From: Octopus sinensis
Taxonomy: Eukaryota
Reading direction: 5' to 3'
Length of the DNA stretch: 64,000 nt
Assembly (NCBI RefSeq): GCF_006345805.1
Contig: NC_043007.1
Coordinates: forward strand, 72,664,001 to 72,728,000
In this document: piece after piece, positions 1 through 13,026 of the stretch
Layout of the letters: the number at the start of each line of letters is the position of its first letter
Position numbering within the stretch: position 1 is the stretch's first letter
Translations under genes and position numbers: made by a program
The notes under the pieces: model-generated
The model's input: the letters and a program-made list of their open reading frames with translations, nothing else
The model's database searches: none
What the model was told of the DNA's origin: nothing

Positions 1-463
1 ATACATACTATATATATGTTTATATATATACATACATATATATAGTATATTTATACATACATATATTATGTATATAATAACATACATAGATAGTATATAT
101 ATATACATACATACATATAATATATGTATATATATATATACATACATACATATATATATATGTATATATATAATACATACATACAATATATATGAATATA
201 TATATACATACATACATATATATATACATATATAGTATATATATATAATATACATATATATATGTATATATATATATATATATACATATATATGGATATA
301 CATACATACATACTATATATATATATATATACATATATATATACATATATATATATAATACAGATATTATATATAGACCTATATATATATATATATATAT
401 ACATATTATATATACGATAGATATATATATAGATATATATATATAATATACATATATATATAC

Positions 464-497
<34 letters not shown>

Positions 498-638
498 TAT
501 ACATATATATATACAATATATATATATATATATATAATATATATACATATATATATATACATATTATATATACATATATATATATATACATATATTATAT
601 ATATATATAGATATATATATATATATACATATATATAC

Positions 639-687
<49 letters not shown>

Positions 688-985
688 CAGATATATATAT
701 ACAGATATATATATATATACATATATATATAACATATATATATACATATATATAGATATATATACATATATATATATACCTATATATATATACAGTATAT
801 ATATATATATATATTATACATATATACTATATACATATATACATAGATATATAATACATTATACATATCGATTATATAACATACAATATATATATATACA
901 TAATATATATATATATAGATATATATACATATATATATATACATATACATATATATAATATACATATACATATATATACATATAC

Positions 986-1016
<31 letters not shown>

Positions 1017-1017
1017 C

Positions 1018-1048
<31 letters not shown>

Positions 1049-1593
1049 CGTATATATATATACGTATACATATATATATAATACATATAATAATAAATAT
1101 ATATATATACATATATATATATATACGTATATATATATATATATATAGATATATATATATATAACGTTATATATATATATAGATACTATATATATATACA
1201 TATATATATATATACATAATATATATACGTTATATATATATATATACGTATAGATATATATATAGACTATATCTAGATATATACGGTATAGATATACATA
1301 TATATATATATATACGTATATAGATATATATATATATATATACGTATATATATATATATATATATACGTATATATATAATATATATATATATTATACTAA
1401 TACGTATATAATATATATATAATATATACTATATATATATAGATAATATATATATATATATATACGTACATATATATATATATATATATATATACGTACA
1501 TATATATATATATATATACGTACATATATATATATATATATATATATACGTACATATATATATATATATATATATACGTATATATATATATAC

Positions 1594-1635
<42 letters not shown>

Positions 1636-1637
1636 CG

Positions 1638-1683
<46 letters not shown>

Positions 1684-1718
1684 CTATATATATATATATC
1701 TATATATACGTATATAAC

Positions 1719-1764
<46 letters not shown>

Positions 1765-2040
1765 GTATATATATATATACGTATAATATATTATAACGTA
1801 TATATATATATATACGTATATATATATATATATATATACGTATATATATATTATATATACGTATATATATATATATACGTATATTATATATATATATACG
1901 TATATATATATACGTATATATATATATATACGTATCTACGTATATATATATATATACGTATATATATATATATACGTATATACGTATATATTATATATAT
2001 ATACGTATATTATATTATATATATACGTATATATATGATT
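1..2040. repeat. Degenerate (TA)n/(TACA)n/(TACG)n microsatellite tract
   Basis: Almost pure alternating AT with occasional C/G; source of the spurious YIYI ORFs. Confidence 0.97.
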
Positions 2041-2044
2041 GATG

Positions 2045-3144
2045 ATTGATGATTCTAGTTTCAGCTTATGAGCTGTGGCCATGCTGGGGCACCGCCATTT
2101 GGTGTTGCTACTTGGTTTCACTCATGGAGGCTTTCTAGCCACTGCTATTTGGTGCATGAGAGAGTTCGATGCAGCTGCCCTCATCTGCCCCTCCTGCCGT
2201 GAAGTTGGTTCATCTGGGACACCTGACAGGAAGAGATCCAGCTTCATTTTAAAGACATCTGTATCCACCCCATGCAGGTCTCTCAGGTTCTTCGGGAGGA
2301 TATTGAAGAGCTGTGGGCCTCGGAAGCCCAGGCTATCACAGAATCTTGTCCTACATCTTGATGGCAGGTTTGGAGTCCTAGGCACCACGCAGTGGCGCCC
2401 AGTTCTGGCATTTGCGTAACTCTCGATGCCAAAGTTCAGGACACTTCCCTCCAGGATCTTCCAGATGTATATTATGGCATATCTTTCCCGCCTACGCTCC
2501 AGGGAATATAATTTTAATCTCTTGAGTCTTTCCCAGTAGCTTACATTCTGCATAGAGGCTATCTTCTTTGTGTAGCTTCGTTGGATCGCCTCAAGTTCTG
2601 TGATCAACTTGACACTGGATGGTGACCATAGCTGAGAGCAATAGTCAAAGTGGCTTAGGACAAGTGTCTTCCAGAGGACCATCATGGTTTCTTGTTCTCT
2701 TGTTCTAAAGGTTCTAAGAATCCATCCAGCCAGCCGTCTACATTTCATTGTCAGTTTAGCAACATGTACATGAAAGGTCGCGTCATCACTCATGTGAATA
2801 CCCAGGTCACGCACTGATTGTGCCTCTGGGATTGCAATCCCTCCGGGTCCAGTGTATTTATTGGGTATTGCATTCAGTTTTGCATGCTGATAGTATAAAG
2901 CTTGAAACTTTCCAGCATTGAACTGCATGCTATTCTTTTCAGCCCACTTGTATATTTCGTCCAGCTCACATTGCAGGTGTTTAGTGTCCTCTGGGTTCTG
3001 TATTGCCTGTGAAACTTTTGTATCATCTGCATAACTTGTGATCGTGGCTCTCTGCGTGGCTGAGGGCATGTCTGAGAGGGCCATTATGAACAGTAGTGGT
3101 CCCAGAACAGTGCCCTGCGGAAAACCGCTCACTATTTGTGTGTT
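2045..3144 (-). mobile_element. 5'-truncated CR1-like LINE (RT C-half and 3' UTR)
   Basis: ORF 2122-3249 contains [18 protein letters not shown] and YWERLKRLKLYSLERRRER. The real element starts where the (TA)n tract ends (~3144) and has a 3' stem-loop and (GAT/GATT)n tail near 2040-2100. Confidence 0.9.
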
Positions 3145-3301
3145 AATGTATATATATATATACGTATTATATATATATATATACGTATATATATATATAT
3201 ATACATACATATTATATATATATATACGTATATATATATATACATACATATATATATATATATATACGTATATATATATATATTATATATATATATATAC
3301 G

Positions 3302-3340
<39 letters not shown>

Positions 3341-3401
3341 TAATATATATATATACGTATATATATATATATATATATACATACATATATATTATATTAC
3401 G

Positions 3402-3453
<52 letters not shown>

Positions 3454-3479
3454 GTATATATATATATACATATATATAT

Positions 3480-3725
3480 CATCATCATCATCATCATTTA
3501 GCGTCCGTTTTCCATGCTAGCATGGGTTGGACGGTTCTACTGGGGTCTGTGAAGCCAGAAGGCTTCATCAGGCCCAGTCAAATCTGGCAGTGTTTCTACG
3601 GCTGGATGCCCTTCCTAACGCCAACCACTCCGTGAGTGTAGTGGGTGCTTTTTACGTGCCACCCGCACTGGTGCCAGACAGAGCTGGCAAACGGCCACGA
3701 ACGGATGGTGCTTTTTATGTGCCAC
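3480..3725 (-). mobile_element. RTE LINE 3' UTR fragment with (CAT)n tail
   Basis: catcatcatttagcgtccg...gctggatgcccttcctaacgccaaccac; the same sequence directly follows the RTE RT C-terminus at 41470-41900. Confidence 0.75.
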
Positions 3726-4739
3726 ATATATATTATATATTATATACATATACTATATATATATATATACGTATATTATATATTATACGTATATATATAT
3801 ATATACATATATATATATTATTATATACAATATATATATATATACATATATATATATGTATATATATATACATTACATACATACATATATATATGTATAT
3901 ATATATACATATATATATGTATATTATATACATATATATATGTATATATATATACATATATATATGTATATATATATATACATACATATATATATGTATA
4001 TATTATATATATATACATACATATATATATGTATATATATATATACATACATATATATATGTATATATACTACATACATATATATATATGTATATAATAT
4101 ACATACATGTATATGTATATATATATACATAATATATATGATATATATATATACAGAATATATATGTATATATATATACATATATATATCATATGTATAT
4201 ATACATACATTATATATATATGTATACATTACATACATATATATATATGTATTATCATACATACATATATATATATGTATATATACATACATATATATAT
4301 ATGTATATATACATACATACATATATATATATGTATATATACATACATACATATATATATATGTATATATACATACATACATATATATATATGTATATAT
4401 ATATACATACATATATATGTATATATATACACATACATATATATATATATACATTACATTATAAATATATATATACATACATATATATATGTATATATAT
4501 ATAACAATACATACATATATATATGTGTGTATATATATATACATACATACATATATATATGTGTATATATATATACATACATACATATATATGTGTATAT
4601 ATATATACATACATACGTATATATATGTGTATATATATATACATACATACGTATATATATGTGTATATATATATACATGCATACATATATATATATGTAT
4701 ATATATACATACATACATACATATATATATATGTATATA

Positions 4740-5000
4740 TATAATATTAATTAGAGACAAAACCACTATTTTGCAAAACAAACAAGGAAAGACTTAATCA
4801 ATACATAAAATTTTAATAAAAAAACCGCTTCATAATTTGAAACTGACTTGAAAATTGGAAATCCACCTGAAGATTGTCGATCAGGACATGAAACAATTGT
4901 AGTGGCGGTTTTTTTACTTTTTATTAAAATTTTATGTATTGATTAAGTCTTTCCTTGTTTGTTTTGCAAAATAGTGGTTTTGTCTCTAATTAATATTATA
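4740..5000. repeat. Inverted repeat (80-bp perfect arms) enclosing a hammerhead motif
   Basis: 4740-4819 is the exact reverse complement of 4921-5000, continued by aaaaccgc/gcggtttt. Confidence 0.9.
4863..4905 (+). ncRNA. Type I hammerhead ribozyme motif (Penelope-type, palindromic stem III)
   Basis: CCAC-CUGAAGA-U-UGUC(GAUCAG)GACA-U-GAAA-CAAUUG-UA^-GUGG. Stem I CCAC/GUGG, stem III palindrome ACAAUUGU, GUA cleavage triplet. Confidence 0.7.
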
Positions 5001-5865
5001 TAATATTTTACTATAAAATTGGATTTAATCCTAAATCTGATTTTTTTCCCTGTAAATTTGGATTTATTCCCTAATATTTATTATATGTATATATATATAC
5101 ATACATATATATATATATATGTATATATATATACATACATATATATATATATATATGTATATCGTCTTCTAAGAGTTATACGTTCTTGTCCATGTTGTAT
5201 TTTTCTACATACCTTAATATATGTATATTATATACATACATATATATATATGTGTATATATATACATATATATATGTATATATATATACATATATATGTA
5301 TATGTATATATATACATATATATATGTATATATATACATACATATATATATATGTATATATATATACTACATACATATATATATATATATATACATACAT
5401 ATATATGTATATATATATACATACATATATATGTATATATATATACATACATATACATATATTGTATATATATATACATACATATATATATATGATATAT
5501 ATATACATAGTTATATATGTATATATTATATATATACATACATATATATATATGTATATATATAATATACATACATATATATATGATATATATATGTATA
5601 TATATTAACATACATACATATGTACATATATATATATACATACATACATATGTACATATAATATATATATACATGCATACATATAGTACATATATATATA
5701 TACATACATATATATATGTATATATATATATATATATACATACATACATACATATATATATGTATATATATATGTATATATATATACATACATACATATA
5801 TATATATGTATATATATATATACATACATACATATATAATATATATATGTATATATATATATATA

Positions 5866-7285
5866 TGGAACGAATAGTCCGCAAGAAACTAATCATGTTC
5901 CTTGAAGAAAATGACTTGCTGACTGACACTCAGCATGGATTTCGACCAGGTAGAAGCTGCCTAACACAGCTCCTGCAACACTATGACTGGGTATTAAAAC
6001 AGCTACTAAATGGCTCAAATGTGGATGTGATATATCTCGACTTTGCAAAGGCCTTTGATAAAGTCGACCACGGTATGATTTGTCACAAACTGCATGGTCT
6101 CGGCATAGGCGGAAAACTTGGAGAGTGGCTGCACAACTTCCTTAAAGATAGAAGGCAGGCAGTTGTGACCAATGGAGCCACCTCCAAGGAAACGCAAATA
6201 ACAAGCGGTGTTCCACAAGGCACTGTCTTGGGACCACTGCTGTTCATAGTGGCCCTTTCAGACATGCCCTCAGTTGCTAAGATAGCCACCCTTGCTAGCT
6301 ATGCAGATGACACAAAAGTCTCCCACACAATACAAAACCCTGGAAATATTGCACATCTGCAACAGGAGTTGGATACAATATACAGGTGGGCTGAGGACAA
6401 CAACATGCAGTTTGACGTAGGCAAGTTCCAGGCCCTGCGCTACCGGCACACAAAGGTAAACGACATGCAGACTGGATACACTGGCCCGGGAAGAATTGCA
6501 ATCCCTGAGTCAAAATCAGTGCGTGACTTGGGCATTGACATGAGCAATGATGCATCTTTCCAAGTGCATATTGCTAATCTGGTGATAAAATGCAGACGGC
6601 TGGCTGGATGGATTCTCCGAACTTTCAGAACAAGAGAGAAGGAGACACTGATGGTCCTGTGGAAACTTTCGTCCTCAGCCACTTGGACTACTGCTCCCAA
6701 CTATGGTCACCACACAATATAAAACTAACAGCAGAACTCGAAGCAATTCAAAGAAGCTACACAAAGAAGATTGTCTCAATGCAACATATCAGCTACTGGG
6801 AAAGACTGAAAGTATTAAACCTCTTCTCCCTAGAGCGAAGGCGGAAGAGATATGCGGTGATATACATCTGGAAAATCCGGGAAGGTCTTGTCCCAAACTT
6901 TGGCATTCAAAGTTACCCCAACCGCAGAACGGGGCGCCACTGCATGGTGCCAAAGATTCCAACATCACCATCAAAATACAGGACCAGATACTGCAACAGC
7001 TTGGGTTTCAGAGGGCCACAGCTCTTTAACGTCCTCCCTAAATGCCTGAGAGACTTGCATGGTGTGGATATGGGTTTCTTTACAACTAAATTGGATCTCT
7101 TCTTGTCGGGGGTCCCAGATGAACCTACCTCACGACAGGAGACACAGATGCGGGCAGCAGCATCGAACTCCCTTGTTGACCAAGTGCCACGTATCAGAGG
7201 TGGATTCATATATTAGTGTAGCTCATTCAACGGTGGTGCCCCAGCATGGCCGTGGCCTTCGGGCTAAAACATTTTTAAGGATTTA
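5866..7285 (+). mobile_element. 5'-truncated CR1-like LINE, RT domain with one frameshift near 6665
   Basis: [45 protein letters not shown]; the C-terminus continues in ORF 6590-7216. Homologous to the 2045-3144 copy. Confidence 0.92.
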
Positions 7286-7289
7286 GGAT

Positions 7290-7290
7290 T

Positions 7291-7324
<34 letters not shown>

Positions 7325-7332
7325 CATACATA

Positions 7333-7372
<40 letters not shown>

Positions 7373-7415
7373 CATATATATATACACACACATAATTATA
7401 TATATATATATATAT

Positions 7416-7464
<49 letters not shown>

Positions 7465-7505
7465 GATATATATATATATACATATATACATACATACACA
7501 CACAC
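7290..7505. repeat. (TA)n/(TACA)n microsatellite
   Basis: Seen directly. Confidence 0.95.
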
Positions 7506-8277
7506 ATTTAATTAAATTCTATGTCTTTGTGCAGCTGAAGATTGCTGTACGTTTTAAGTTGATGTAATGAAATGATTGCATCAATTCAGTTAAATGGAGT
7601 CGTATGAATTAATATATATCATATCGAAAGATCACCGTGATTTTTAGTGACTGTAGGCAGGCATACGTGAGAATCACGGAATATCTATTTTGTCATAACC
7701 ACGTCAATCACAGTGAATATTTTGTCGATCTTGATAAAGTATTCTTACTCGGACCACGGCCGTCGCATGGCCTTTAGAGGCCCCATCTCTTCTAACAAAA
7801 TTCATAATCTACGCACCTTTTTATTCATAGCTATATTTTACTTTATTATATCTAAAGTTCAATATTTCACATTATCCTAAAGAACATCTTTAAAAGTACA
7901 AGTTAAATTTTTTTAGGGCTGGAACTATCGTATTATTTCATGTTTAGGAAGGCCATCGCAAAATATCAGAAGACAAGCATTTCAAAATAAGAAATGTGAA
8001 GTATTGTTTCAGCTTTTGTATGCGAGGAAGTTTATTCAAGAGCATTAAAATACAAAAATCCATTTCATATATACTTTCATACATCTTTCACTTTCTCCTC
8101 TCTTTCACTTTAAAACAAATATATTTATAACGAAATAAATGAACAAAGCCAGTTGATATGGATGACAGTTCCGAGAATCAAAGCGACTGTTCTGAGAGTT
8201 CAAACGAAACATTACCACAAGGGAAAAACCATTACAAAAAATGTTTCGAGTGCATTCAACGTATCTTAGCGCCAAAG

Positions 8278-8388
8278 ATTTGGCTGCTATTTCTAGCACG
8301 CCTTGCTACCACGTAACATCTATTTGCGATAACGGACCCGAAATACCTGTTACGTGATGGCAGGGCGTGCAAGAAATAGCAGCCAAAT
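8278..8388 (+). ncRNA. Pre-miRNA-like long hairpin (candidate)
   Basis: 41-nt arms 8278-8318 and 8348-8388 give 37 Watson-Crick pairs, 2 G-U and 2 mismatches on the + strand, with a further 5-bp extension and a ~15-nt loop. Confidence 0.4.
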
Positions 8389-8623
8389 ATTTCCTTTTCT
8401 AAGGAAAGGAGCCGTTTATGTGTGATTTCGATGTCATATTCGTTGAAAGCATGCAAAATAACCTGGAAATGAAAAACAAACCTACGAAACAAAACTCCGT
8501 TGCTGGGAAACTCGGACTTTCCAGGTGACCCAATGGGTCACGTGTAGGGGTAGTCTAGTATATATATATATATAAATAATTATATATATATATATATATA
8601 AAACTAATGATACTTAAAAACTG

Positions 8624-9043
8624 GGATCTTTTCGGTTTGAACGGCAGTTTTTAAAAATAATTTCCACGTAACTAAACACTTTTAAACTTCGTATTCTGGT
8701 AGAATATGTTTATAAAACATCTTTTTCTCTTGGCTTTATTGAGAAAATTCTATAGTTTGTAAGATATTTGTTGTTGTTTTTTCTTCAATTTCTGCTATTT
8801 CAACTAATCAGTGACGTCTATTGGGGTGAAAACATTTTGTGCCGTATGAATATGTCCCTTGTTTAAGAAACAGATTGGGTTTATTTACATTTCTGAAGAA
8901 AAAAAAAGCTACCCTCCCCCCCACCCCTAACCCTAGCCCTAAAACAGATTGAAATGCAATAGATCGATACTATGGTCATAATTATGGGTGACAATTTCAT
9001 ATGACACCGCTAGAAAAAACTGCCGTTCAAACCGAAAAGATCC
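8624..9043. mobile_element. MITE with 28-bp TIRs and 8-bp TSD (hAT- or Merlin-like)
   Basis: TIR GGATCTTTTCGGTTTGAACGGCAGTTTT and its reverse complement; TSD AAAAACTG at 8616-8623 and 9044-9051. Confidence 0.85.
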
Positions 9044-9310
9044 AAAAACTGATTGGGTAGAAAACACTTAAAAAAAGCAAGCGTTTCAAATTAAAATCTG
9101 GCAATGAAATATTTATAAAATAAACATCACCAATATCTCCCACTAGGTTTACACATGCCCAACTACAACATTCTAACTTTCTACCAAACACCATCTTTGA
9201 AAGAGACTGCAATACCTACAACTCAGCCTGTTACAGAAAACATACAAACAGTAACACAATAATAATCTTCATAATTAAAGTCCCTTTTACTTCCTGAGCA
9301 ACCTATACCA

Positions 9311-9541
9311 ATTTCTTTATTACCCACAAGGGGCTAAACACAGAGGGGACAAACAAGGACAGACATAGGTATTAAGTCGATTACATCGACCCCAGTGCGT
9401 AACTGGTACTTAATTTATCGACCCCGAAAGGATGAAAGGCAAAGTTGACCTCGGCGGAATTTGAACTCACAACGTAACGCAGACGAAATACCGCAAAGCA
9501 TTTCGCCCGGTGTGCTAGCGTTTCTGCCAGCTCGCCGCCTT
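9311..9541 (-). mobile_element. tRNA-derived SINE, family B
   Basis: Minus strand aggcggcgagctggcagaaacg...gagttcaaattccgccgagg (B box); the family recurs at 30.2, 40.7, 41.0, 49.9 and 50.7 kb. Confidence 0.85.
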
Positions 9542-9560
9542 GTAGTGGGTGGGGCGCCAT

Positions 9561-9625
<65 letters not shown>

Positions 9626-9879
9626 ACACACACGCGCGCGCGCGCGCACACAATCTCACTAAGCTACCACAGACACTTTTCTTCATACATAACTTCTTCC
9701 TTCACATACACAACTACAAATTATCCAGAATTAGGTCTCAGTAAGTTAACTTCAAACTATGCTGGCGCCCCACCCACAACAAATATAAAATATACAATTA
9801 AAAAAATAGTCAATGAAATAAGTGTGCAAAATAAACATTTTTTAATCAATTCATATTACACAATTGTTAATGAGTATAG

Positions 9880-10049
9880 GCACGGGAGTGGCTGTGTGGT
9901 AAGTAGCTTGCTTATGAACCACATGGTTCCGGATTCAGTCCCATTGTGTGGCACCTTGGGCAAGTGTTTTCTACTATAGCCTTGGGCCAACCAAAGCCTT
10001 GTGAGTGGATTTGGTAGATGGAAACTGAAAGAAGCCCATCGTATATATG

Positions 10050-10100
<51 letters not shown>

Positions 10101-10316
10101 ATGTTTGTGTGTCTGTGCTTATCCCCCCAACATCACTAGACAACCGATGCTGGTGTGTTTACGTCTCAGTAACTTAGCGGTTCGTCAAAAGAGACCGATA
10201 GAATAAGTACTAGGCTTACAAAGAATAAGTCCAGGGGTTGATTTGATCGACTAAAGGCAGTGCTCCAGCATGGCCACAGTCAAATGACTGAAATAGATAA
10301 AAGAGTAAAAGAGTAT
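9880..10316 (+). mobile_element. tRNA-derived CORE-like SINE, family A
   Basis: A box TGGCTGTGTGG, B-box-like GGATTCAGTCCC, accttgggcaagt core, internal microsatellite, 3' cagtc-aaat-gactg stem-loop and (AAAAGAGT)n tail. Confidence 0.88.
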
Positions 10317-11224
10317 GACTTTAAACTACGTCTAGTAGTGTCAGCCTGCTTTAAGAGTTCTTAGCCACTATTGTTCCCAAATCTACCCTGACCCAGAGTA
10401 GTAGCATCTGTCAGAGTCCCAACTATGAATTAACCCTTTTGTTACCATATTTCAGTGGAAATACACTACCTTTATTTCATTTAATTTTGAAAATAATTCA
10501 AAATTTTGTAAAATAACTGTCGTTATTAACCTGGTGTTTAGGGCATTAATTAGCATGAAATTTTGTTAGAGAGTTTTAATTTAGATCTGACCGACAGATT
10601 TTTTAATTATCTTTTTTTAACTAAACATTTTGAAAAACTTCGGATACTGGTAGAATGTATCACACAGAGCAGGGTTTACTCGTATCATTTTTGATGTTTT
10701 GTATTTTAGAAGTTATTTTGTCATATTTGGATTATTTTAACCAATCAGTGACGTGTATTCAACTGAAGAAAATTACTGCTGCTGTTTGTGAACAACAACT
10801 TCCGGGTCCACTCCCCTAATAAAACCCTTGTTTAATAACCAGAGATGTTTTTATAGTAACATAGGTTTGCTGTATCAGGGTTGATTTGAGGCTAAATAAC
10901 AACAAAATTATTACTGAGACAGACCAAGAACAGAGCCTGTATATTGTTGCATGACCTGCTAGAAAAAGTAGCCAAACTTTTTTTATATACAGAATAAAAA
11001 AAACCTCTATCCTCTGATATACACGTAGAGTCCATTATGTCTGGGAAGAAAGACATATTGGTCACAATACTGAGAGAGTTTGATAGCATGTAACTATCCA
11101 AGTCAAGGAAATCATGGGATGCAGCATGGTGGATGTGAACTATTTAAGTAGATGAACTTAGTGAGTCAATGGCAAATATCCCAAGATGCTGAATGGATGA
11201 ACAGACAACAAATTGTCAATGGCC

Positions 11225-11435
11225 ATGATCAAACTGATAGTAGGGCACCTGTGTCAGTGGCACGTAAAAAGCACCCACTACACTCACGGAGTAGTTGGCG
11301 TTAGGAAGGGCATCCAGCTGTAGAAACACTGCCAGATCTGACTGGCCTGGTGCAGCCTTTGGGCTTCCCAGACCCCAGTTGAACCGTCCAACCCATGCTA
11401 GCATGGAAAGCGGACGTTAAACGATGATGATGGTG
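11225..11435 (+). mobile_element. RTE LINE 3' UTR fragment
   Basis: Reverse complement of 3480-3725; ends in aaacgatgatgat. Confidence 0.7.
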
Positions 11436-11606
11436 ATCTGCAGTCATGGTGTGTATGCAGATTAATATTCAACTAGCTACACCTGTGAAAACTTCACAGA
11501 AAGCAAACAATGTAAGCATTTGTAAATTGTGTACTCGTGCCATGAGAAATGTTCTATAATGTGAAAATTACAGAATATAGAAAGAAGTGTAAAACCGATG
11601 ACAATA

Positions 11607-12891
11607 CAGGGTGGGGAAGCAAAATTTACAATATTTTGAGGCAGGTATTGAAAGACAGTGTATGACCAGTTAGTTTATTGAAAGTCACGAGAATTTATTT
11701 ACCACAAGAAAATTTACACAATAGAAAATGTTTTTATTCAATGTGTCCTCCTTTCTCAATAACTGCCTTCACACGCTTCCTGAAACTTGCACAGGCGTTC
11801 CTCAAATATTCAGGAGACAACTTCTCCCATTCTTCTTTTATAGTATTTTTAAGAGACCCGACATCGCTGTGTGATGTTCTATTAATAGCATGTTCTAAAA
11901 CGCACCAAATAGCATAATCCAGAGGGTTTAGATCTGGGCTAGAAGGTGGCCATAAACATGATTCCAAAAAATTGCTTAAGTTAGATTTGCAGAAATCTTG
12001 TATTTTTCTAGCTGTGTGGGCTGGAGCACCATCCTGTGTCCATACATAATTACCATCTGGGTAGTTTGCTTTAAGCCATGGCAATACCTGGTATCTCAGA
12101 GGCTTGTAGTAAGTATTAACATTGATCTTTACATCAGCTTTGTAAATTTTTATAGGCATTTTCTTTCCATCGGAGGCCACAGCACCAAAAGTCATAACTT
12201 GAGCAGGATGTTGTTTCAAATGTCCCCTTAACCTCAGCTGTCGATTTTGTGATAAATCTGTCATTTCTACGGTTCAGAACAGCATCGACAGTGAAGATCT
12301 TTTCATCTGAAAAGATCGTTACAACGGAGGACATTTTCTTGAACCATGTAATAATTATCTTGCACTTTTCCAATCTCTTTTCCTTCATAGCTGTTGTCAA
12401 CAGTGTTTTGGTGTTCTTGTGTAAGATTTTAACCTCAAATCATATTTTATTGTATTTCTAATGGTCTTGTTGTCTACCTCAACTTCAATTGCCATTTTTC
12501 TCATGAATTTGGTTGGATCCTTTGGGATTTGGGATTTGAGAGCTTTAATAAAAGCTATGGTATGTTTTTTGTTGATTCCTCCATTTCCAGATTTCCTCAT
12601 AATAGTTTTGCTCATAGACATTCTATTCTTTACATTATAAACAATCTTTATGGACATTCCAACTATTCTTGAAATCTCCTATGCTGTGACGAGTGCATTC
12701 AGCAAATCACACACTCCCTAACGTTTGCTTTCCTGATTAACTCATATGGGCAAAAGTTTCTGAAAAGGTAAGGATAATAGTGTTAGGTATGATTATGACA
12801 TCAATATATGCTAGGTTTCAAAACAATTGACTTAGTGCCTGCTGAGAAATTACAAATTAACATTCATTGTAAATTTTGCTTCCCCACCTTG
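11607..12891 (-). mobile_element. maT-like (DD37D) Tc1/mariner transposon, frameshifted transposase
   Basis: TIR CAGGGTGGGGAAGCAAAATTTACAAT at both ends with TA TSDs; FSDEKIF, WTQDGAPAH and WPPSSPDLNPLDY, with 37 residues between the second and third Asp. Confidence 0.88.
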
Positions 12892-13026
12892 TACAATCCA
12901 ACCAAAATATTTCAGTTACGCAAATGTAAACAGAATTACTATTTAGCCTTAAAATTCATCGTATGTATTAAAAAAAAACTTCTTGGTTTAGTGGTATGGA
13001 TTATTCTTTTGGTATTCTTTTATTCA

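Larger units (their letters stand above)
3145..5865. repeat. (TA)n/(TACA)n microsatellite tract interrupted by an RTE 3' end and an inverted-repeat element
   Basis: Low-complexity AT alternation seen directly. Confidence 0.95.

Noticed and set aside
1-7505. Dozens of long YIYI/ICIY ORFs (also HTHT/VCVC ORFs at 34900-35430 and 62650-64000)
   Set aside because: These are translations of (TA)n and (CA)n microsatellites, which lack stop codons in some frames.
8158-8316. Short + strand ORF MDDSSENQS...ARLATT
   Set aside because: Only 52 codons, no recognisable motif, and no in-phase donor linking it to the receptor exons.
9880-9960. tRNA gene suggested by A and B boxes
   Set aside because: No cloverleaf; it is the tRNA-derived head of a multi-copy SINE.
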